In this document: positions 1 through 6,647 of the stretch, piece by piece
Layout: the number at the start of each line of letters is the position of its first letter
Numbering within the stretch: the stretch's first letter is position 1
Source of the DNA: a virus
Length of the DNA stretch: 53,187 nt
Reading direction: 5' to 3' (one strand)
Virus record (IMG/VR): IMGVR_UViG_3300045988_092074
Coordinates: 1 to 53,187 of that record
Position numbers and translations under genes: made by a program
The notes under the pieces: generated by a model
Databases searched by the model: none
Told to the model about the DNA's origin: nothing
Seen by the model: the letters and a program-made list of their open reading frames with translations, nothing else

Positions 1-85
1 ATTTTTTTTTATTCACTGCTTCCTGCTGAAGGAGCATTAACCCAATCAGTAAGAGGATTGAAGTCAAGTGATTCACGCTTAATAA
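1..85. repeat. Terminal 85-bp exact duplication (1-85 = 53103-53187): circular-assembly overlap or short direct terminal repeat
   Basis: Both ends read a+9T+attcactgcttcctgctgaaggagcattaacccaatcag...gattcacgcttaataa. Unit genome is 53,102 bp. Confidence 0.95.
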
Positions 86-665
86 TGTAGAATTTGTCAC
101 TCCAGTTAGGATTGAATGACCATTCAATGGTATTGCTGTCCGGCTCTTCAAAACCACCAAGTTTCTTATCGCCAACAAAGAACTTACCGATAGGAATTGG
201 GAAATATGCCGTAGGTTCATCCTGGTCATCTACCAAACAACCAATATTGCCGTTTTCATCAATCAGCCAAACACCAATCTCTTCGCACATGTATTGTTTC
301 AGCTGTGCAATTGTCTTTTGACTTTCCTGATAGATAGTGGCAGAGAATGTTGTCGGCTCACGGCCGATTGTAATCTCAATACCTCCAAGTGTTTGATTGC
401 CTCCGCCGAATGTGCGAGCTGCACCAGGCTCAGAAGTAGGCCCTTGGATATACGGAGAAACTGTCATTTTAGACCCATCCGCAGCAGAAAACAAGGTAGA
501 AAACGATGCTTTCTTAGTCGGGTTAGTGACAGAGTTCTTCGTTCCAGCTGTCTTATAGATACGCTGAAATGCAACTTTTTGAACTTGCCCCATACTCTCC
601 TTGCATTCAGCAATCTCAAGGTCGGCGATATGAGCACCGGCAGGGCATCCACAATTTAATCCCAT
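9..665 (-). CDS. Hypothetical protein, 218 aa, first gene of the transcription unit that continues across the junction into the portal gene
   Basis: ATG-initiated ORF preceded by a 250-bp intergenic region. No motif recognised. The 3' end lies in the terminal duplication. Confidence 0.6.
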   Translation of the reverse strand: MGLNCGCPAGAHIADLEIAECKESMGQVQKVAFQRIYKTAGTKNSVTNPTKKASFSTLFSAADGSKMTVSPYIQGPTSEPGAARTFGGGNQTLGGIEITIGREPTTFSATIYQESQKTIAQLKQYMCEEIGVWLIDENGNIGCLVDDQDEPTAYFPIPIGKFFVGDKKLGGFEEPDSNTIEWSFNPNWSDKFYIIKRESLDFNPLTDWVNAPSAGSSE

Positions 666-831
666 AATTTATTTATGTTTTAATGTTAATACTACCGAGC
701 AGTTACCCCTTAACTTGCATCGAATTACCTGTATTTGCTTCGAATTGACTTCTCCACAGTGTAAAGATACTAAATTTATTTATAAGTCATATAGTATTTA
801 ACATTTTTTATAGAGGTATTTTTTATCTCAT

Positions 832-918
832 ATTCTCGCATTGTGTTCATTCAAAGCTTATGTTTTAATCATCTTTATATAGCAAAAAGCCTAGAAATTG
901 CGAGAATAATGCGAGAAT
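832..918. promoter_or_regulatory. GCGAGAAT-box cluster: attctcgcatt (832-842) inverted relative to aatgcgagaat (908-918), plus a tandem copy at 900-907 (11-bp phasing)
   Basis: Read directly. An 11-nt perfect inverted repeat separated by 65 nt, and two direct copies 11 bp apart, in the intergenic region upstream of the 9..665 gene. Confidence 0.6.
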
Positions 919-1131
919 TTAATCTTTTATCACCTTATAACCTCTTTTTTGGAAAAATTCATCCATTACATAATAACTGCACTTATTTCTGCCGTTAATT
1001 ATGGCTTTATCTTTTTTAGCACACCATCTTGTAACTTTAGGTGCTCCAGCGTAATATAGCCATTTATTATGTAAACAGCTTGCACAACACATGTTTGCCT
1101 TAACCCCATTCGGACTTATCATCTTTTCCAT
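919..1131 (-). CDS. Small Cys-rich protein (70 aa), possible zinc-binding
   Basis: ORF abuts the terL stop. Cysteines at CCxxC ... WC ... KC. Confidence 0.5.
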   Translation of the reverse strand: MEKMISPNGVKANMCCASCLHNKWLYYAGAPKVTRWCAKKDKAIINGRNKCSYYVMDEFFQKRGYKVIKD

Positions 1132-1132
1132 A

Positions 1133-2704
1133 CTAGTTTCTTAAGTGTATTTTTTTACGTCCACCTTTTCTTGCATGCATTTCATATACTCCTGTTAAGC
1201 AATCTGGAGCATCGTCGTGCTGGTTTCTCTTCTTATTATCTTTACGATACGACATAAGAGCCTTATAAAACTTAGGCCATTTCCTCTCCCAGCCCTCTGG
1301 AAACAAAATATCACTTTGAACATTAGCAGAAGCTGTATAAATACGCGCCTTTTTGTTCTCTGTCTGTGTAAATGTTTTAATAGCACATCTAAAATTACGC
1401 AAATCAACTCTTAATATGCGCTTTACATTACGTGAATAGCCACGGCCTCCATTATTTGACTCGATTAAGGCCTCAACCGTGCCATTTTTGGTCAACATTT
1501 CGGCCTGTTTTGGCTCTGTGACCTCCATAGGTGCATCCGTAAACAAAATATCAGTTATATAGCAGTATTCAGGCGTATTTATAAAGCAGATTGAGCACAA
1601 ATCATCAGCTCCTGTGTCAGCTGTATCAGTGTAATTCCACTTTTGAAGTGCTTTTGTGCCAGTTGGAAGCTCTTCTATCTTATAAGTTCTAAATCCCTCA
1701 TACATAAGACCCTCTTTTGGTGTTGGGTCTTGCATGTACTGTGTATCGAACACAAGCGGATTTATCTCACGCATCTTATAAAGCTCTTCAAGTGTATGCT
1801 TCATTGGCCAAAGGGCGTGTTCTTCTCCAGTTTCTGGGTCTACTTGTATAACTGGAAGTGATAAAACAGTCCATTCGTCCGGCTCTATCTCTTGCAAATA
1901 GCCACAAAGGTCATGTTCATGCAGCCTTTGCATTATTATAATGATTGGAGTATTACGCGAGTTAGTACGGTTACGAATTGTGTTCTCAAATCGCATGTTA
2001 ATACGCTCACGGACAATATCTGACTCAGCATCTTCTGGCTTAATTGGGTCATCGATTACAATCGCGCCTTGGAAAATGTTTGCTGTAGCTCCTATCATAT
2101 CAAGCATCTCATTCGTATGGTCATCGAATGTGAATATATCATTGCCTCCATCCATTTTATCAATATCTGGGTCAATATCCACATTACCGGCTCCGAAACC
2201 TGTTACTTGACCTTGAGTTGATACTGCATAAAGCTCGCCTCCGGCCTTGGTTTTCCATCTTTTAGCCGAACCTTTCTCAGATGCAAGAGCCGAATTAGAA
2301 AAAAGAGTCTTATAAAGTTCTTCCTGCATGATATTTCTGATTGTTTCAGAATTATCATTCACAAGTATATCTGAATAAGATAGATGCAAAAATCGGCACT
2401 TAGGATTTAAGGCAAAACACCAACTTATAAATGATTTGATAACAAGCTCGGTTTTACCATATCGAGGAGCAATGTTAATTATAAGCCGTTTGCATCTGCC
2501 ATCGACAACATCCTGTAACGCCTTAAACATCTTCTTATGATGCTCTGCAACTATGAATGAACGATGGTACTGAGCCTTAAACATTGCTTTGGTATATTTC
2601 TCAAAAGAAGTCAGCAATTCAAGCTGAAGAAGCTCCTTAGGATTTACGGTTCCGCCCTTAGTCGCGTCTAAAGCTCTTTCCTGCATTGTTTTTAATGAGT
2701 CCAT
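1133..2704 (-). CDS. terL: Terminase large subunit
   Basis: 523 aa. Walker A-like APRYGKTE and Walker B-like IVIDDPIKPED. C-terminal nuclease-like region (ALIESNNGG...). Sits next to a small-terminase candidate and upstream of the portal. Confidence 0.85.
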   Translation of the reverse strand: MDSLKTMQERALDATKGGTVNPKELLQLELLTSFEKYTKAMFKAQYHRSFIVAEHHKKMFKALQDVVDGRCKRLIINIAPRYGKTELVIKSFISWCFALNPKCRFLHLSYSDILVNDNSETIRNIMQEELYKTLFSNSALASEKGSAKRWKTKAGGELYAVSTQGQVTGFGAGNVDIDPDIDKMDGGNDIFTFDDHTNEMLDMIGATANIFQGAIVIDDPIKPEDAESDIVRERINMRFENTIRNRTNSRNTPIIIIMQRLHEHDLCGYLQEIEPDEWTVLSLPVIQVDPETGEEHALWPMKHTLEELYKMREINPLVFDTQYMQDPTPKEGLMYEGFRTYKIEELPTGTKALQKWNYTDTADTGADDLCSICFINTPEYCYITDILFTDAPMEVTEPKQAEMLTKNGTVEALIESNNGGRGYSRNVKRILRVDLRNFRCAIKTFTQTENKKARIYTASANVQSDILFPEGWERKWPKFYKALMSYRKDNKKRNQHDDAPDCLTGVYEMHARKGGRKKIHLRN

Positions 2705-2741
2705 AAGTTTCTATATGAATGGTAAAGTACGTACGCGTTCT

Positions 2742-3530
2742 TTATTTAATTAAAGTATCTCTTATTACTATATAAGCCTCTCGTGATATTGGCACATTAG
2801 GAATAATGCCTGTTTGGAGCTGTTGCTGCTCTGGTAGATTAAGTTGCATTTGGCCTTTTCCAAATACACGGTCCCAAAGCTTCTCAACTGTTTCTATGTT
2901 ACCAAGTTTTGCGTCATCTTGCAAACGCTTTATAACTGTCTTGATAACAATTGGTATTTTTTTATTACTATATAGAGCCGCCAACTGTGCTTCATTGCAT
3001 GTTAACAAACAAGCCAATAAATTAGCTGTATCTTGCTTTGTAAGCTGAACACTTAAATTGATATTAAGGCTAGTAAGAAGCTTCGTTATCTCAGGTCTTG
3101 ATGCTCCTTGTAATTGAAGTGCTGAGCGTATAGCTGATGAGTATGAGCCTTTGCCAGAGTTATGGCGTTCTGCTAGCTCAGTTGCCTTAAGTGGCTCTAC
3201 AGTCTGAGCCTCAAGCGCCTCTATAGCCTCAACTCGTTTTTGTTGCTCTGCAATACGTTTGGCTTGGAGCTCAGTTTGGCCATCTGGTATTTCTTCCACG
3301 CCAAGTTCTTCTGCTAATGATTGGCGTTTTTCTTGTTTGGCTTGAAGGTTTTTAAGCTTTTGCTTTTCAAGATACTTAATACGAGCCAATTCTTTTGCAT
3401 CTTGCTTTGCCTTAATACGTGTGGCCTCTTGTTCTACAAGTTTGGATGTGTCCGGATTAGACATTCCAGGAACTACTGGGCGTGATGGCAGTATATCTGC
3501 TAATTTCTGTGCTATTTTATCTGTTTTCAT
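2742..3530 (-). CDS. terS: Terminase small subunit (putative)
   Basis: 262 aa, immediately upstream of terL. Coiled-coil N-terminus. C-terminal VEKLWDRVFGKG resembles the conserved ...DRAFGK end of Terminase_2-type small subunits. Confidence 0.5.
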   Translation of the reverse strand: MKTDKIAQKLADILPSRPVVPGMSNPDTSKLVEQEATRIKAKQDAKELARIKYLEKQKLKNLQAKQEKRQSLAEELGVEEIPDGQTELQAKRIAEQQKRVEAIEALEAQTVEPLKATELAERHNSGKGSYSSAIRSALQLQGASRPEITKLLTSLNINLSVQLTKQDTANLLACLLTCNEAQLAALYSNKKIPIVIKTVIKRLQDDAKLGNIETVEKLWDRVFGKGQMQLNLPEQQQLQTGIIPNVPISREAYIVIRDTLIK

Positions 3531-3531
3531 A

Positions 3532-4326
3532 TCAATTTTGATTTTTTGCGATAAATTCTTTTTGTCTTTCTATCAGTTCAGCTTCTGATGGTATCTGTGC
3601 TTCTCTAAAGCGCCTATCTTTACTTTGGCTTATATCAATTATGGGTTGATAGATATAAGACCATATATATCCTCCTGCTGATTTTATATGGCCATTGCAA
3701 CACATGGATATATTACTTGCACAAATCCCAGTTTCTTCAGCTGCATCTTTTATGGAGGCATATTCATTTATAAATAACCCAGTATTTCTATCATAACTGC
3801 ATACTGACTTTGAAAGTCGCCCTCTTCTACACATATTATAAATACTATTATGCGGGTACATAGCATTTTTATCTACCTCATTCATAAGTTCTTGTAATAA
3901 TATGTTGGCATAATTTTGTTCAAAAGCATTGCCTGCTTTTATGAGAGTATTGTAGCCATAAGGCAAATATGTTCTATTTGCTTTTATCAATTCATATTTA
4001 CGGGCAAGTACTTCTGACTCATCTGTGAGTCCATGTTTTTCTATATTAACAGTTATGTATTTGCTGTTTAATAAAGCTTGTCTTAGCTCTATACTCTTTG
4101 CGTTTATGCTTAGAATTTGTCTGATTAGACTTTTTACTCCTCTATACACTGATTGATTGAAAGTATGACAGACTATGAGCCTACTATCAAATTCAAATTC
4201 TACAGTGAAGACTGCCCATTCATTTGATAGGCTATCTATGCTTGTAGTAATATCTACCTGTATGCCATCAATATTTACCATATTAGAAATTTTATTGCTA
4301 TTTATATTTACAACGTGAAAATACAT
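3532..4326 (-). CDS. Homing-endonuclease-like protein (degenerate GIY-YIG-like N-terminal region plus NUMOD-type DNA-binding module)
   Basis: The C-terminal motif SVCSYDRNTGLFINEYASIKDAAEETGICASNISMCCNGHIKSAGGYIWSY is the typical helix-turn-helix module of free-standing phage homing endonucleases. The central region ...NIEKHGLTDESEVLARKYELIKANRTYLPYGYN resembles the GIY-YIG core end. Confidence 0.5.
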   Translation of the reverse strand: MYFHVVNINSNKISNMVNIDGIQVDITTSIDSLSNEWAVFTVEFEFDSRLIVCHTFNQSVYRGVKSLIRQILSINAKSIELRQALLNSKYITVNIEKHGLTDESEVLARKYELIKANRTYLPYGYNTLIKAGNAFEQNYANILLQELMNEVDKNAMYPHNSIYNMCRRGRLSKSVCSYDRNTGLFINEYASIKDAAEETGICASNISMCCNGHIKSAGGYIWSYIYQPIIDISQSKDRRFREAQIPSEAELIERQKEFIAKNQN

Positions 4327-4582
4327 AAATAACTATATATATAAAAATTCTCGCACAGAAAATTCATAGGAAAAAAATTTTCAAGAAACAATATAAAACT
4401 TTTTGTTTCTCAGCAAAGTATTAAAAATCAATTAGTTAAGCATTCTCGCATTGCAAAATAAACGAAACAACGAATGCTCACTTACTTTTTATGGAATATG
4501 TAATATGTATTTATTATATTTTGGTTCATAAGTATAATAATTATAAATTCTATATTACAATTCATTCTATTTTTTAGTAATT

Positions 4583-4675
4583 TTATTGTTTATTTGTTTA
4601 TAATATATCTAACTCATTGAAAATCAATCACTTACAGAGAAACAATCGATTGTTTATTTTGTTTCTCTTGTTTAC
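4583..4675. repeat. Iteron element copy A (ttattgtttatttgttta ... aaacaatcgattgtttattttgtttctcttgtttac), homologous to 27024-27116
   Basis: An 18/18 nt block and a 33/36 nt block with an identical 57-nt offset in both copies. Contains the perfect 16-bp palindrome aaacaatcgattgttt (4640-4655). Confidence 0.85.
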
Positions 4676-5211
4676 AGCCTTTTTGCGAGAATACCTGAAT
4701 GACAGATTTTGCGAATTTTTGATTTGGTGGCAATTTGCGAGAATGATTTGGGGCCAAAAAATTTTTTTCTGATCATGAACATGGCTCTGTATACTATATA
4801 TAAGGGGCACCCAGGCACTGCAGCAGGGGGCCTAATTTCCACATTGGCAAAATTCTTGAAATATAAAAATCTATCAGGTTAAGAAGTGTTAAGCCTATCA
4901 GCCTAATTCGTTAATTATGGTTTAATTCGTTAAAGGTTATTAAGATGACTACCTGTTAACAACTCTTAACTAAAATAACTTTCAAGTTTCAAACCAGAGA
5001 CAGGCACACAGCCTCTCATATGACAACCTTTAATGAATGTTTAACATTTCCTAACCTAATATATTTCATGGTTTCGTAGGTTTTATTATCATAAAGGTAT
5101 AATTTATCAATTTCAGATTATTAATCAAAACAACCATCACATCTAACATGATTTAACTCATAGAATTTTTATATGATATTTGTTTTACATCCATCAAAAA
5201 ATTATCATATA

Positions 5212-5262
5212 AATTTTTCAGGTTCATAAATTATTAGTATATTTACATATCGAAAATAACGG
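5212..5262 (+). promoter_or_regulatory. Early promoter P1 (Bacteroidota-type, -7 box tatattta at 5238-5245)
   Basis: tatatttacatatcgaaaataac matches the family consensus TATATTTRCA..ATC(A/G)AAAATAA. A T-rich -33-like tttttca lies upstream. Confidence 0.5.
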
Positions 5263-5312
5263 ATAAAACGATCGAGGTTATAAATAAAATTTAACATAAA
5301 AAATTGATCAAA

Positions 5313-5365
5313 AGTTTTTCCGGTTAAAATAAAATGAGTATATTTACAATATCAAAATAAAACGA
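5313..5365 (+). promoter_or_regulatory. Early promoter P2 (-7 box 5339-5346)
   Basis: gtttttcc..17 nt..tatatttacaatatcaaaataaaac, directly upstream of the ATG at 5368. Confidence 0.6.
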
Positions 5366-5367
5366 TT

Positions 5368-5541
5368 ATGACACAGTTAGAAAGCTTCTTATTTGAATTA
5401 TCATTCGGAGATATTAAAAAAATCCGTGATTACATGTTAAAAAGATACCACGTATATTGTGGTTCAATGGTAAAATTGGCAAAAGAAATAGACGAGAGAT
5501 TGCCCGAGCCACTTGAAGAACTGTACGAAGTGCTCGCGTAA
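5368..5541 (+). CDS. Small early ORF, 57 aa (below the ORF-track cutoff)
   Basis: My translation is MTQLESFLFELSFGDIKKIRDYMLKRYHVYCGSMVKLAKEIDERLPEPLEELYEVLA*, starting 22 nt after the P2 -7 box. Confidence 0.5.
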   Translation: MTQLESFLFELSFGDIKKIRDYMLKRYHVYCGSMVKLAKEIDERLPEPLEELYEVLA

Positions 5542-5551
5542 CAAGAGAACA

Positions 5552-5607
5552 TCCCGGGCAGGAGAATGGCCGTAATGGCATCAGTGGTTCAACTCCACTG
5601 CCGGGAA
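5552..5607 (+). other. tRNA-like minihelix (acceptor-like stem tcccgg/ccggga plus T-arm-like hairpin agtgg-ttcaact-ccact), flanked by AACAAGAGAA direct repeats
   Basis: Read directly. GGTTCAACTCC is a canonical T-stem-loop sequence. A 6-bp outer stem closes right after it. No D or anticodon arm, and no U-run. Confidence 0.3.
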
Positions 5608-5637
5608 CAAGAGAATTAACAAATAAAATTACAGTAA
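5606..5637 (+). repeat. 32-nt leader repeat copy 1 (aacaagagaattaacaaataaaattacagtaa), identical to 6615-6646
   Basis: Perfect 32/32 match. Each copy ends 1 nt before an ATG (5639 and 6648). Confidence 0.9.
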
Positions 5638-5638
5638 A

Positions 5639-5995
5639 ATGAAGACACTTAGAAATTATCGTTTCGTATTGACTAACATTCCTAATAGTATGTTAGAGAC
5701 AGGAGAAATAAGAATTGACAATGAGGAAGTAACCGGCGAGAGAATGTTTGTCAGTGAATGTCATTACTATGCCGAGAAAAATATCATTGAGTGTATAAAA
5801 GATGCAGCGAAACGCGATGACTTGCGCGGTTACTACGAACATACCTATTGTGTCTACAAAGAGGACAAATCGAAAAAGGAGACAGTAGAGCGCGAAGAGG
5901 GTGGCAAGAAAATTACCGAGACGAGAGAAATACCTGGCAAGGCGATATTGATCGAGGTGATTACCGTAGACGAGAACGGCATAAACATCCGATAA
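5639..5995 (+). CDS. Early hypothetical protein, 118 aa
   Basis: ORF preceded by the conserved 32-nt leader, on the same strand as the early promoters. Confidence 0.6.
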   Translation: MKTLRNYRFVLTNIPNSMLETGEIRIDNEEVTGERMFVSECHYYAEKNIIECIKDAAKRDDLRGYYEHTYCVYKEDKSKKETVEREEGGKKITETREIPGKAILIEVITVDENGINIR

Positions 5996-6060
5996 AAACG
6001 GATAGCCGTTCGCCCTCCGGATTGGACGAGTAAAACAATACCTAAATACAGAAGAATAAT

Positions 6061-6291
6061 ATGAAGAAGATAGCTTATTTGTATGTTGAAAGAGATGATA
6101 GCGAATATGACTATAAAGTCGGATTTGCAAGCTACACCGAGGCAAATGAATATCGACAAGAGTGCCAACGTAGATGGATAGGCCACTGTGACTATGTGTA
6201 TCTTTGGACCGGTTCCGAGAGAATTAACCTCACAAGAATGCCGAAAGACGAGAGAAATGAATTATTAAAACAATTTAACATACCGGAATAA
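6061..6291 (+). CDS. Early hypothetical protein, 76 aa
   Basis: ORF whose stop overlaps the next start (TAATG at 6289-6293). Confidence 0.55.
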   Translation: MKKIAYLYVERDDSEYDYKVGFASYTEANEYRQECQRRWIGHCDYVYLWTGSERINLTRMPKDERNELLKQFNIPE

Positions 6292-6539
6292 TGGAAAATA
6301 ACAAATCACAGTTCAAGAGAACAGGAGTTTTGCACGATGGAGCCGAGTGTATTGAGATACAAATAAGTCACTCAGGCGATGCGGCAAGGTATGTGAGCAC
6401 AATCACGTTCACAGTAAAGGACCCAGAGGTCACGAGAGGCCGTTGGCAAGAGATACACTACAGCAAGAGAAATGGCTATGCGTATATTGTGAAATACGGC
6501 AAGAGACTATATTTGCACAAATTTCTAAGAATATACTAA
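6291..6539 (+). CDS. Early hypothetical protein, 82 aa
   Basis: Start is coupled to the upstream ORF (TAATG). Confidence 0.55.
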   Translation: MENNKSQFKRTGVLHDGAECIEIQISHSGDAARYVSTITFTVKDPEVTRGRWQEIHYSKRNGYAYIVKYGKRLYLHKFLRIY

Positions 6540-6614
6540 CATGGCAGTAAGAATGAATGTAAAATAACCAACACTATTTAACGAAAAAAGTTCTTAAAGC
6601 AGTAACCAGATTAA

Positions 6615-6646
6615 AACAAGAGAATTAACAAATAAAATTACAGTAA
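6615..6646 (+). repeat. 32-nt leader repeat copy 2
   Basis: Identical to 5606-5637. Confidence 0.9.
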
Positions 6647-6647
6647 T

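Noticed and set aside
4385-4675. Short spaced repeats, considered as a possible CRISPR array.
   Set aside because: The repeats are 7-8-nt half-sites in both orientations with irregular 2-60-nt spacing. They do not form a 25-40-nt repeat/spacer lattice, and there are no cas genes.
4628-4810. 60-aa minus-strand ORF in the control region.
   Set aside because: It is composed of the iteron block and GCGAGAAT boxes and has no plausible start context. The region is better explained as regulatory DNA.
5693-6186. Minus-strand ORFs of 150 aa and 110 aa antisense to the early genes.
   Set aside because: The plus-strand ORFs have promoters, a conserved 32-nt leader and TAATG coupling. The antisense ORFs are low-complexity with no upstream signals.
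5639-6539. Very frequent (A/C)GAGAGAA / CAAGAGAA words inside the early ORFs, considered as additional regulator boxes.
   Set aside because: They fall in different codon phases as Glu/Lys-Arg (GAG-AGA, AAG-AGA, ACG-AGA-GAA) pairs. They are most simply explained by AGA/GAG codon usage in charged small proteins. Only the intergenic and phased copies are reported.
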